Shown: piece after piece, positions 26,916-39,299 of the stretch
Layout of the letters: every line of letters begins with the position of its first letter
Numbering within the stretch: position 1 is the stretch's first letter
Source of the DNA: Raillietiella orientalis
Lineage: Eukaryota
Assembly (NCBI GenBank): GCA_036172245.1
Contig: JAYWIR010000018.1
Location: forward strand, 2,604,001 to 2,668,000
Length of the DNA stretch: 64,000 nucleotides
Direction: 5' to 3'
Made by a program: the position numbers and the translations under genes
The notes under the pieces: model-generated
What the model was told of the DNA's origin: nothing
What the model saw: the letters and a program-made list of their open reading frames with translations, nothing else
Databases searched by the model: none

Positions 26916-28235
26916 TTGGATTCCGGCATTGCGCGTGGCTGGAAATGGGCGAAGCCCCTCTGGAGACTCGACCGGGCAGGTCGGCGCTCGGACGTTCTGA
27001 GGTGCGTCCGGCGATGTGGCGGTTTGCCAGGCGACGGACTTGTCCACGCGCCGCAGCCACGTCGCTCCCTGCCCTTTTTTCCCTTGACAGTTCCACGTTT
27101 CTCACAGGAGACAGCTGACCGGCTGTTTTTTTTTTTTTTTTCCTTCCTTTCTTTCCTATCTCTCCCTCCTGGAAACGGCAATTTCATTGCGGGATGTTTC
27201 GGGCTCGTCCGAGGCAGTTCGCGGAAGAACCGCCGCGGAGAGTAAGTCATCAACGCTTCCCTCAATTTAAAGGAGCATAAAGACGTTCTCGAAAGAGCAG
27301 GGAAGCAGGGGTGGAAGAGGAACAGCTGGGACGAGCTCCCTGATTGTGTGCCTTTCGTGTTTTGTGCCTGCGTGTGCGCGTGTTTTTTTTTTTTTTTTTC
27401 CTTTTCTTTCTTTTCTTTCTTTTTCCGTGCAGGAAGAGGCTCTGTGAAAGTGGCGCCGACCGCGCCAGTAACAGGCGTAAAAAAGGAAACTGCGTCGGGA
27501 CGCGGCGCAAGATAATCATGAAGTGCTGACGACCGCGCGCGTGAGGGGGAGGGAAGGAAACAGGGCAGGGTGTAGGGGGGAGGGCGGAGGCGCGAAATGA
27601 AAAGCGGAAGGAAGGAAAATTCGAGAATTTTTCAAGCCTCGCCGCGGCGGAGGGTGGAAACGAGTGGGCAACTGCTGCGAGTTACGGCCGCCGCGCATCT
27701 GCTCGCAGGAGAGCGGCGGCAGCGGGCGGCCAAATTGAATTCCTGACGGGGGAGCAGGGAAATGGCGGAAGTTCGGTCGCCCTGAGAGCCGCAGGCGGCG
27801 GCAAAGGATCCGCGCTAAGAAGTGCGCATCACGGATACTGCCGTCCACCCCTTCGAGGCAAACAGGAAGACAATGCCAGGGCGTGGGGACGCTCCTCTGC
27901 TGGCGCGCGGTCCGCATCTCACTGGGAATGCGACAAGCACGACAGTGGGGGCGTGGGGAGCGTTAAGGGCCAATGAGAAGGTAGGGTCGGGATGGGCCGG
28001 CCTCACAGCTATAGCGATGATTCCCATGGGCCTCCGTCGAACGGGCACGCGGACGAGCGAGTGGAGGGCTGTCGCCGGCCGCGACCTGAGACGTCCATTT
28101 CCGCCTTTTGCCCGTTAGGCGGGCTCCGCACGAGGGTAGGCAGAGGTAGCCAACGGATCCCTAGGACGGCTCCCAGGCTCCGTCGTCCGCAAAGCTGCCG
28201 ATGGGGTCATCTGCGCGAGCGAGCCGGAGGTGAAC

Positions 28236-29521
28236 ATTCCGCCTGTCTTCCCGACCCCACGAACGAAACGACCAGGATTGGGGGGATGCCCGCGATGGCG
28301 GGAACCATCATCAGCATGGGGCATCACCAGCATCATCAGGTGGCACACGACGACGACGGCGACGATGTGGGGGAGGAGAGGGGAGAAAGGAAACGAACTC
28401 CCACCCTCCACCCTGCCTGCCGCTCTTGCAGGTCGAGGAAGATGACCAACGGACAGGAAACCGAAAAGGCCGTAGAGGTGCGCGCGCGCCTCGAGCACAT
28501 CCTGCGGGCCAGCATTCGCGGGCAGGCCTGTCAGCGAGTCCAGGCCTCCTGCAGCAACTGCAGTGCACTTCCGGAAGCGCTCACGGAACCGTTTCCAAGA
28601 CTACGTGGCGCGTGGCCATTCCTTGCGCGTGTGCGCGCGGTCGCAGCTCCTCCTTCCCTCTGGTCCTGCACTGCCAGACTCTGCACTGCCAAGAGATGTC
28701 CTCAGATGGGGCGCCGACACGGGTGGCCGGCCACTCACTGGAAGAAGAGGCGTTCCGCCGCGCTGCAGACGAAAGTTGGGAGCCAAGAGGAGGGCAGACC
28801 GACGAGTGATGGAAGGAGCGGGCAGGAAAGGGGGTGGCTTACAGCATCCCCGAGTCGGGCAGGGTCGGGAGCGGATCGCTGCGTGGTTCGAGTCAGCCTG
28901 ATCACAGTCGACCTCGGGCTGCCTCGCGGACCGGGACGTGGCAACGCCCTTCGCGTCCGAGCGCGGCGACTGCGAACGGCTCGCCAGGATGGCAGCCGCA
29001 CTTCTCGTCCTCTCCGACGACCACTCGTGACTCGCACGCGCGGCACAGGGTGACCGACGACGAGGCGGCAGCGGAGGAGGCAACGGGAGAGTCGACCGTC
29101 CGTCCGAGCAGAGGGGTTCCAACGTGGAAGGGGGAGGCGCTGGAGTGTTTTCCCGCTGCCGCGGCTGCATCGGCAGCGTTCCCATTGACCTGCAGCGGGC
29201 GGGCGCGTTCTTTGGAGATCCTCCCCGATGGTGCGCGGTGGCCGTTAGTCTGTTCCTCTCTATCGAGCAGATCCCAGAGCACCGGCAGGGTTCTGGGTCT
29301 GCTGGCACCCAAGAGCGGGGGCGAAGGAGGCGTCCAGCAGGCAGGCCGGCATCTGGCAATCCTCTCGCGGGATGCGGAGAAAGCACCTCCTGCTGTGCGG
29401 TCGCTGAGCACAGCCCTCTGGTGTGACTCGGTGCTCCAGCGGGTGCGGCGGTGTCCGCGCGCTTCCTCCTAATCCCGCCGACGCAGGAGGGGACGCTCGG
29501 AGTCTTGAGCGGTCTCATCCC
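28236..29521 (+). repeat. Near-identical ~1.29 kb direct repeat, copy 1
   Basis: Aligns to 48619-49905 with about 8 differences by eye. ORFs 28834-29472 and 49218-49856 translate identically. Confidence 0.97.
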
Positions 29522-30199
29522 ACGCCCCGTTTCCCGAGGCCGGGTTGGTAGGTCGCGTTTCCATTCGATATGGCAGAAGGAGCAGGCCGTTGGGAACAAT
29601 TCGAGTCGATGCACCCGGCACATTCGGGAGCACTACAGGTCCATGAGCTCGCCTAGGGAGACCTATTTTCCTCAGAGGCTCCTGAAGAGAAGATGGAGAT
29701 GAAACTCAGCGACTCATAGGTTTTCTCCTTCCTTCCTTCCTTTTTCCTTCTTCAGGAGTGAACGTCATGGAAGGCCGCGTAGTGGAGCGGATGGCTCGGG
29801 CAAAGGGGAAGGAGACAGCAAAATGGGACAGAAAGGGACCAGGAGTCTCGAGCGTGTCTGAGGTGCGATTCCCGTCTCGAAAGGGCAAGCATGGGGACCC
29901 AAATCAGGTCCACAAACTTCGAAATCGAAGGAAGGCCAGGGAGGAAGGAAATCAACTCACGGGGTATCTGTGTACCCTTGAGTAGGGATTGAACTGGTAA
30001 GGAGGAGCCTAGGAAAAGGGACTTTTCCCTGGTGGCACAGTCGAACCGTAGAGCGGACAGACCGGAAGCAGTGCGACCTAGAATAGTCGACCGGGGTCCC
30101 GGGGCATCGGCTCTCGTGAAAATATCCAGAAATGACAGTGGATATTCACATCGGTCGCAACGCTATCCCTCTCGCCCTGGGAGGCAGCCAACGAAGTCA

Positions 30200-30950
30200 C
30201 TCTTTGGCAGGTTTCCCTGCTCCCTCTCCTCTCACGAAGCAAGAAAGGTCAGAATGGCCACGTATCTGAGCAGTGATCTTCTGTGAACGGACTTCCCTGA
30301 CACGGTCTGCCGACTTGGTCCAGGTGAAGAGGAGGTCATTGCTTGCCGCGGAACCTGTCGGGGCTGTCCGAGTTCCCTGACGATGGCGAACACTAGCCTC
30401 ATATGACAGTCGAGCAGCGGTGCCGAGGAACACCTGCAGCCACCCGAAAACAAAGGTGGCCGAAGCCTTCTAGTAACAAGCGGAAGAGGTATGGAGGAAC
30501 TGCTCGCAGCTTCGCCCATGTTGACGAGCGGACTACTCTGAAGGACATGTCCTTGGAAAGATTTCGGGACTCGTGCTCGAGGATCAACCAGGGAATCCTT
30601 TGGAACGCCGTTTCGTGGGCTTCCGGGACTCTCTTTTCTGCCCTCCACTGCCCCCATTGTTTCTCAAACCGGCGCATTGTGTCACAAGGGTGGGGAGCTC
30701 CCGGATGGCGGAGATCTGGAGTCGGTCGGAATCCTCTTGGAGGGATTCGTCCACGCCCTCTCGACGGCTCCAGCTGTGGTCCCCTTGAGCAGCGGTGAGC
30801 AACGTGTGGCTCGCAAGCCACGATCCAGAACCGGCACGGTTTTCCCAACGTGACACATGAGATGTGCTGCTGGAAATGGGAACGAACTCCTCTCCGTGAG
30901 GGTCTCTTGAGCAAACCCAGCATCTCTCGTGCACGACCCATGGCAAAATT
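30200..30950 (-). mobile_element. L1/Tx1-like AP-endonuclease relic
   Basis: FAQET (LQET), LFTWTKSADR (FTW..SRID) and HSDL (SDH) in the expected order. Confidence 0.4.
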
Positions 30951-30989
30951 GGGAGCATGTAATTCTCCAAGATGGAGGGTGCCCCGGGA

Positions 30990-31690
30990 GGGGACCATTC
31001 TATAAATCTAGGAAGGGCTCCGGAGAAAGGGATCTGTTCCTCTCACGCCTGGGAGGGATCCGCGAAGGGAACCCTTCACCTTGGTTGTCTCCAAAGGGAA
31101 CCACCTTCCTTCTCTCCGGAGGGACTCCCGGATTCTCTCCGGGGTCCACTCCATTTTTCTTCTTCGAAGGGAACCAGGGAAGGACACGCTAGTAGGAGTT
31201 TCTTCTCTAGAGGAAACCCGCAAGGGAACCGCTCCTGTTTACTCCTCCTCTGAAGAGAACCCCGAAGGGACGCTTCCGAATTTTCTCTGAATGCTCGCTA
31301 CTGAAGCAAGCAGCCCACTTCTTGCACTCTGGACAGGTAGTACTAATCCACCAGCTCCATGGTACGAGACGGAGGGTCCACCCAGGAAGATGAGAGTCCG
31401 CAATTTTGTACAATCGGAGGGGAATCCCGAAGGGAAACGACTCTTGATTTTGTTTCCTGGAAAGACCCAGAGGTCGACTCCCAATCCCGGCCACTCATCG
31501 TGGGCATACGATTTTAACTGCTGCAGGTGCCGCACCCGAATGCAGGTCAACGGCTCCATTTTGCAGGAGGAACTCGGACCCACGTCGCACCCCTCCATCT
31601 CTCAGAGTGGATTCTTTCCGAGTATTCGAACCCATGATGGTTGGTGCCACGCGTCGAGATCGCAACCACATGGCTTCCTATGCGGAAGCT
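30990..31690 (-). repeat. tRNA-derived SINE-like family A, copy 2
   Basis: B-box-like GGGTTCGAATAC at ~31622-31633 (-). Body homologous to 18440-18800 (SSSEENPEG appears in both ORF translations). Confidence 0.6.
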
Positions 31691-32889
31691 ATTGTGATGA
31701 ACTTCCGGTTGCACGGCAATCCCTGTTGCGCAACGGTGTCTGCCCTTGCACGGGATGTCGACATTACAAGCGAACTTCCGATGAAGGGAGCTCCAGAGCG
31801 CGCACTTGTCCAGCGAACTCCACTTCTTCCCTTCTCGGGATTTCCCCGTTCCCAGCCTAGACGATGAATGGCCCCCTCCTGAAATGGAAAGCATCTAACA
31901 ACGGGAAGAAAAGGAACTCGTACCGCCCGGACTGCAGAGGTGGCTTCCCTGAAACGAGGACAGAGGCCGGCCGCACGTTCGATTCGCCAGAGGGGATCCG
32001 TCGCCACTACGCCGGAAAAAGTGCAGCAAGGAGAGAAAGGTACTCCATCATGTGGGGCGATGTTTGCTTTGGGGTCCTGATCTTCGGCCTCCCCTTTTCA
32101 ACTGCTCCGTTTCCTGTCCCTCTAAGGCGATCGTTCTTCGACACCAGAAGCGCATTTTTCCATCTCCTTCATTCATTTTCCACTGAGGGTCATCCCTTAG
32201 CACTTGGCAACCAAGGAAGATGGAGGATCCAGTCGCTGGACCGGTGGAATCAGAGGGCGCTCGCATATCGTAAAAACGGATAAATAAGTAAAATGGAAAG
32301 ACGGCTGTTGCAAATTTCATGCTGAAGAAAATGGCAGCCGTCGCGCCTGACCTCCACCCGCTGCCCATTTCTGGGCGGCCCGCCGAGACGAAAAAGCTGC
32401 CCACCGCGACAACGGCGGATCTCCCGACCCGCTGTTATCGCGGTTCTCCACCGACTGAGCACGAAGGAGAGTAGTCATGAGCTGGGCACCAGGGGTCCTT
32501 CAAGAAGCGATTTCTTCCACAGGGATCAGATACACCCATGGTGCGCCATGCTAACTGCTCCGTTGCTGTGTCCGACGAATGAGCTTCCAAGAAATAACAC
32601 TAAAAAGCTGCATGCTCCTCCAGTAGCAGCGGAGTTCCCGAGAGAGTCAGATCAAAGAGGAAGGCCGAGCGTAACTTCGTGGCAACTGGAGACGACACTG
32701 TCCTGGACGAACTGTCATTGTCGACTTGAAAACACCCGCTATCCAGGCCCGAGCAAGGGTCACTCTGGGTGCAGTTGGGAATCTGGACGTGATCTGGGGA
32801 CAATTGTGCTATCCAGCATCTTCTGAATCCCTTGGATCTCGTTGCCCTTCCAGGCCGTGGAGGACGATCCACGGTGGTGGACTGCCAGG

Positions 32890-33040
32890 TCCGACGAAGA
32901 AGCGCCTCGCCTTCAGCAATGCTTTTTGGCTCGCGCAACAATACGAACAATACGAACCCCAACAACAATAGGAGGCGTGTGCTTGGCGAAAGTCTTCCCG
33001 TGCCGAGAGGAAGGCTGCCGGTTGGAATCCCGGCGATGAC
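32890..33040 (+). repeat. tRNA(Gly)-like SINE module, inverted homolog of 26695-26830
   Basis: Shared linker TCAGCAATGCTTTT.GGCTCG, followed by TGGCGAAAGTCTTCCCGTGCCGAGAGGAAGGCTGCCGGTTGGAATCCCGGCGATG, which is colinear with tRNA-Gly(GCC). Confidence 0.55.
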
Positions 33041-33119
33041 ACAGGCTCTTGTGGCTCACGGTGACCACAGAGGGAGGCTGGTAGCTTCGGTTGAGGCACG
33101 GATTCCACCGGATTCCCTC

Positions 33120-34600
33120 TAGGCACAGGTAACGTCCCGATAGCATGAAATTCTCTTGTCACCAGGCAAACAAGTGCTCGATCCCGGACCCAAAACGGGG
33201 AACAGGCTGGTCTGTTGCGAAGTGCAACGGACCAGCCAGCCGCGCAGCTTCACCCACCCATCCGCCGCTCGGCAGCACTCCGGCAGGCAGCCCGCCAACC
33301 CGCAAAGCACTCTTTGCCGCTGCCTCGGCGGCCAAACGCGCGTGCCCGCTGCTAGCATCTCCCTCACCTCTTTCCCTCTCATCCTGGGAGTCAATGTCAA
33401 TGCCTGGATATCCCGAGGCAGTTCCCTTCGGATTCTCTGAAAGGGCATCACCGGGAAACGGCTTGGTTCTGGAGCGTCTGCGTGTCTTCGGAGGCATCCC
33501 ACGCAAGGCGACATAGACTCTCGAGATAGCTGGTGGGGTAGTCGCTAATCGGCGCTTCAGAGAGCGTCGAACCGATGGGACCGTTCGAATATCACTTTGA
33601 CTGTTGAAGGAATTCTCTCCCCACCCCCATCCCTACTCCCACCTCCAGGCCCTGACAGGGGTCCCAGGTGACCACTGACTTTGACATTCTTTAGAAACAG
33701 CTGTGAGGTCGCTTTGTGGAATCTGAAAAGTGAAATCTGGTTAAATCGCAAAGTCACGCTGCTGTTCAGGGGATCATTCATTCATTGAGAATTTCGGTGA
33801 CATGGCAAAAGGTGCGCTATGGCGCCTACATGAGCCACGCCGCCAGTGGTGTGGATCGCACGCTCGAAAGGTGGCTGATGAGGGAAGAGTCGCTCAAACA
33901 CGTCACTTGGCATCCCGAACCAAACTGCAGTGACGCGCAGGATAGGGAGAGTTAGGCAACTGGCGGGCCGGCACGGATGCTCCTGTCGATTCGCCCGCCG
34001 GGCCATTCCATTCAAAGGACTGGCTTCGACCGGCCGGTGACCCATTCTGCGCTTCCCGTGGGGCAAGTACCCGACAGCAGTACGGAAGAGGGCGCCGACC
34101 GGATGAAGCCCGTCTCTTTAAGGGATTCTCCGGAGAAAAGGCGGGCTCTAGGGTCCTTGGCATTTGCCGCCCTTCTTGCGTTCCGCGTCTTTCGGAGCCA
34201 TGGTGGGGTGCTTGAGCGGAGGCTCACGCCTGCTACGGAACTTTCCGGGTGCCGGGTTCCCTGCTGGACTCCTCCTCCACCCTCACTCTTTGGTGCCAGA
34301 AGAGCCGGCCGGGACACCCTGCTGATGCTCTGGGATCTGCTCTGAAGCGAGGAACAGACTGGCGGCCACCGCAGGGAGCATCGTCGTCGAGGAACGCTCC
34401 CGCCCGCTGCGGTGCAGTGGGAGGAACCTGCGCCTCGCGTGCTGAAGAAACGCTCCCGATGTGGCTGCAGCAACGGGAGGGGACATTCGAGCGCCCTCCC
34501 CCCGTTCCATGCTGATCGACTCGTCAGTTTAGCTCTTTCGTTGCCTCCTCCTCTTTGCTGGCCATCCTCTGCCGCGCGTGCGAGCCACGGTGGCGTCCTA
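33120..34600 (+). mobile_element. L1/Tx1-like ORF2 relic; its 3' part is an inverted, diverged homolog of the 1.29 kb repeat
   Basis: AKRACPLLASPSPLSL (RQGCPLSPLL). RWPPVCSSLQSRSQS..LLAPKSEGGGGVQQ matches RWPLVCSSLSSRSQS..LLAPKSGGEGGVQQ of ~29235-29340 on the opposite strand. Confidence 0.5.
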
Positions 34601-34839
34601 AATGGAAGGTCCGCACCTGCTCACGTCGGGACGTTTCTTTAAGAAAAATGTACCCCAAGTCGGAGGAGAGCAACGTCCCCTGAATACAAGAGATGCCCCA
34701 AAAAAAGAAAGGAGGTTCGTTGAGAATGACCACTGGCACTCAGGACGGCTTCTAAAAAAGTAGGGAGCGGAGGAGGGGACAATGAATAAAGTAAAAGAAA
34801 AAAGGGAAGGAGTATAGGGACAGGGATCTCTGTTGTCAA

Positions 34840-35580
34840 ACGTTCCTTTCTTCCTAAAAGCGGCTGCTCGTAGTGGCGACCTCTCTGATGACTCTTCTGC
34901 AGGTGAGGCCACTGTGCAGTCGCTCTCATCGAGGCAGTTGTCACTCTGGTGGCCTCCCTTCGCTGCGAGCGAGAATCCGTCAGGGGGCAGACCGACACCT
35001 TGGCCCGCGGATGCAGCGTCTCGTTGCAATGACGGCGCCCGCTGCAGCGAAGGGGGTGGCTGGTGGATCAGCCAACATAGTCAGCTGACTACTCACTGCA
35101 TCCAGTGTTCTTCCGCTGTTCTTCTGAAACTCTCGGCAGCGGGTAACTTCCGACGGGGTCCGAGTGATCTGGTCCCACGTCCTCACTTTCTCTTGCCGCC
35201 AGGCAAGAGTGTTCGCAGGGCGGAAGGAAATCCACGCGCTTGCCGCCAGTCCGAAGCCGATGGTATCCTCCTGGAGGTCACGGCCTGCCGAAGAGTCTCT
35301 TCCGAATGCCTCCGCGAGGAGCGTTGCAGTGCAACCTCGAAATGGAAGGAGGCCGTGACAGCCGCCGTCCGGATCCGGTCTCAATCCGGAGTCTCTTCCT
35401 GGGGAGGGATGAGGGCTCCAGTTCTCACTCTTTGAGGGCGGCCCTCTTGACCTATCCCAGGTTTTTGTCCCGCCATTTCATGATCACCGTTTGGCGGCTG
35501 GTGTGGCGGCTCCTGTCTTCTACGCAATGGGCTAGTCCCATCCCTGAAGGGCGATGCGTGCTCGGTCACGGACAAATCGA
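34840..35580 (+). mobile_element. L1/Tx1-like RT relic, copy B
   Basis: FLPKSGCS*WRPL (LIPK..NWRPI) and RGALQCNL. Retains a segment (~35050-35240) that is largely absent from copy A at 8690-9275. Confidence 0.6.
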
Positions 35581-37399
35581 AGGAAAGACATCTCAGCATT
35601 CTCCTAGTCGATGTCTTCCTTTCCTCCTCCCTTGGTATTCAGTGGATCCTCCCACTGTGGACGGTGACCCAGCCTTCACGGGACATACGCGTGGTCCTAC
35701 CACGTCTAGGATGATCGCTTCCGCCCCCGCTTCTCAGAAGGCCAATTCTACCAGGATTCAGAGAAGAGGGAGAGAAATCAAGTTGATTCCTGGCGAGAGG
35801 ACATCGAACATCACGTTGAGGGCGGGTAGCTCGGAGAAAGCCGGTGGCACGTTGTGCGCCCGCGCTACGTGCCACCGCAGGGCTCGTTCACGGGCATTAA
35901 GGGTCGGGCCGGTTTCCGCTTTCCCGGTCCCCCACTTGCAGATGGGGGCACTTTCTCCTTCCCTTTCCCACTGACGTTCGGAGCCGTTTCAACCGGCGAG
36001 GGGCGCGGCTGCGGGAGAGCGCGTCACGGGGACAGAATGGAACGCACCCCGTGCTCAACGGGTCCCGGTGCGTGCGTTCCCTCGGAACCGGAGCGCGAGG
36101 AGCGCCTTCCCTTTGTCTCCCGGCCGGGCGGACGCACTTGCGGAGGAGCCCCACAATGCGTTCTCCAGCCGGAATCCTCAGAACGACCGGCTCCTCCTCC
36201 TTTCCTCCTCGCATTGTTTCCCGGCTCTCTCTCCGTTCACGAGGAGCTTCCAGGTGCACAAGAAGCTGACGTTTTTCAAAAGGCGAGCGCGCGCGGTTTC
36301 GCCTCCTCCCCGACCACACGGAAGGGAGAGAGAGGGGGGGGAGATACACACCGAAGACTGAGTGTGGTCCCCAGGACGATGCGCCGCCTGTCGTACCGCG
36401 CGCTCCGAATGAGTTACGGAGGGATTAGGATGGAAGCCACGTGAGATAATGCTGACGACAGCGTTTTTCTCCCTCTCTCCCTTTCTTCCCTCCTCTCCTT
36501 TTTTATTTTATTTTATTTTTTTTTGTTTTTTTGCAGGTCGGAAAATTGGCGAAATCCGTTGGTTATTCTTCGAGGCGCGCCTGGCGGACCTGGAGCGAAG
36601 CCCGTAGGCGTAACCCAATACCTCATGGATCGGCGCGAGATAATGGCGGTCCTGCCCGAAGAGTAATTCCTCGCATCTGCACCGTTCCGAAATGCTAATG
36701 CTGCTGCTTCTTTCTTTCTTTCCTTTCCGCCTCTTCCGCGCCAGTTTATCGACGTGGAGCAGCTCTCACAACAACCATGAAACCGGAAGATGAATGGTCT
36801 CGCGGAACAATGAGGGACTCTTGCGTTCGGATGTCCGTTCCCAGAAGATCTCGGCCGCGCGCGGCTCACAATGCCCCCCCCCCCTTCCGATCACCGGTTA
36901 ACGCAGAGCGTAAATTAGCGGGCTCCGTGACTTCGCACATTTCGGGAGAGAGGGGTGGTCCACGTGGCCTCGTCCGGAAGGCGACGCAGAAGCGGGCGGT
37001 GCCGGATAGAGGAGTCAGACTTCCCATCGCACCGGTCCTTCCGACCTCGGGTCCCCACAGCCATCACGGAGTCCCGCGCCCTTGCGCTAGCGGAAGGCCG
37101 CTCCGAGACTTTCCAGCGTCCCGGCGGGCCCGCCGCATGATTGGCTACTAGGCGACGGGCCTCAGATGCGATTTTCGGCCCCCGGAAGCTAACTCCGTTC
37201 CGCGCTTCCTCTAATGAGAACCTACATCTCGGGGAACATCCGTTTCCATGACATCTGCGATGCCGCCCTGTGTGCCATTGGGATTCTTTGTGGTCATATA
37301 TCTGAAGGTGACGTTGCCTCTCCGCGTCTTCCCTCTCCCTGACTCGCGCTCACGGCATCCGATTCGTCGAAGGCCTCAGCGCCCGTCTTACCTTCTTCC

Positions 37400-38460
37400 C
37401 GAATTGCCCGAGAGCCAGCCTGCTTCCCCCAGCTGATGGAGGGACTCGCGCAAGTTCGAATTCCTGGATCTTCCAGGAAGGCCGAACTTGGGGGGCGCTC
37501 GTGAACGGGCTGTCCGGAAGATCCGGGAGACCACGGGATTCGGGTGGGAGCAGAAGGGTCAAGTGCCCGGGTCGCACCTAAGTCCAAAGCCCGGAACATT
37601 CGAATCCCCTCCCTCCTCCTGCGCACGTGCATGCGTTTCGAGCCGGCGAGCTGTCTGCCCGAGTCGGCGGCCGTGCGGCTGCGGTCTCCGAGTGACACGG
37701 AGCGGTGCAGGTTCGAATCCCACCAGGGGAAGGACTGACATCCAAAATGAGGGTGGATTTCTATTTCCCCGACCCCTTCGCAAGATGACCCTGGTTTGCC
37801 TGTGGGCTTTGGATGCGGCACTGGTGGACGCTTCCGTTCGCTGGCCAGGATTGAAACTCGACCCTCCGGAGTTTTTCCAGGAATCAAGGAGGACCAGTTT
37901 CGTTCGAAAATGGGACCGTTCCTCTTCTTCCCTTCCCTAGGAAAGGGATCCTCCATAGCGTCCCATGGGGCCGGTGGATTGGCATCACTCCAGAGTGTGA
38001 AGAGGCACTCTGCTCCCTTCGGGATACTCTTCAGAGGAGGAAACAGGGAGCGGATGTTTTCCGGATTTTCTCCGGAGAAGAAATTCAGGAGGGGATCCCA
38101 CAAACCGGATGGTCCCTCCGGAGACAATAAGGAAGAGGTGGTTTCCTTTGGGGTTCCTTTGCAAGCGTGAGAGGAACAGACTCCTTCCTCCGGAACTTTC
38201 TTGGATCCATAGGGTGGTGCCTTCCCGGGGTACCCTTCAACTTGAAAAAGAGTGGGACGCACTCTCGAAGGTGGGGTGGACAGCACTGAAGAGCTTCGTG
38301 AGAAGGAGATGGACGGTTCTTCAGTACTCGGCGAATCAAGAAAAGAACATCTACCATCCTGGGCCACTAGTGTGAATGTTCTCGTGAGGTCGCTGCTGGT
38401 CTTTTATTTTTTTTTTTAAAAAAAAAAAAAAGGAAGAAAAAAAAAGGAAGAAAAAAAAAA
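37400..38460 (+). repeat. tRNA-derived SINE-like family A, copy 3, with up to three tandem B-box modules and a possible A-rich tail
   Basis: GTTCGAATTCC at 37454, ATTCGAATCCC at 37598, GGTTCGAATCCC at 37710. Body homologous to copies 1 and 2. A-rich run at 38418-38461. Confidence 0.55.
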
Positions 38461-39299
38461 ACTCTCGTCTGCAGGAAAAGAGAGCTCTCCAAGCTCGAAA
38501 AAGGAGCTGAAGGGAAGCGCCTCTTCCGGAAAGGAACATTTACCTGGCTGCTTCCGTCGGAAGGAGCAGCCAGAGTCTCCACGAGTGCGAAGAGTTCGGT
38601 GAGGACACTCGAAACGAGAGTGACCCACAAGGGACAAGCCAAGAGGACTGATCCCAAGATGAGAGGGGGAACCGGTCAGGATCTTTCCCTTCCTCCTTCC
38701 TCCTCCCCGTGACGAGAGCAGCGGGAGTTGTGGCGGCAGGTACGACATCCCTGCTGTTCCCGAACGCGCGCGCCGCTGGAGGTCTCCTCCCGGACGCTCC
38801 CGATTGGCTCTCCGGAGAACAATGGCGCCTGAGGAAGCTCAAAAAGATGGAATTCAGAGTGGATCTCAGTCATCGGATGGGACGCTCCGCTTTCTCCGCA
38901 GGACGGGAACGACACTCGACTGATCCCGAATAGGTGGGAGGACGAGAGGGTTGCGTGGCGAGGATTGAAAGCAGGAAGACGCAATAAGTGATCCGGCGAA
39001 AGGAAGGCCCGTTCCCATCCTTAGATTGCAGAGGTGAATGCGGGGCAGGGGAAGTCGTGGCAACCATGGATGAGCTGGAAACAAATGCGAGACCGGAGCA
39101 GACGATCGATGCCACAGGATCACGGAGCGAACGTGTCCGGCGAGACGCAAAAGGTGGTGGACCCGAGAGGCCGCGGCGAGCAGCTTGTAAACACATACAC
39201 TCTTCCCCCCCCCCCCAGCCCACCGGCAGTCAGAAGAGGGTCCACCAGCCGTTGCTTCCGGGTCTGGGGAGGCCGGCGTCTCCCAGGCGACACGTGATC

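Noticed and set aside
27992..29623. Long overlapping ORFs of 340-353 aa, and similar ones at 37294, 45564, 52482, 55716 and 57556
   Set aside because: Arg/Pro/Ser/Gly-rich shadow ORFs expected in high-GC DNA, with no domains. The 27992 ORF is frameshifted in the duplicate copy.
26695..37730. Functional tRNA genes at the GGTTCGAATCCC sites
   Set aside because: I could not pair acceptor or anticodon stems convincingly, and the sites sit in dispersed repeats, so they were treated as SINE heads.
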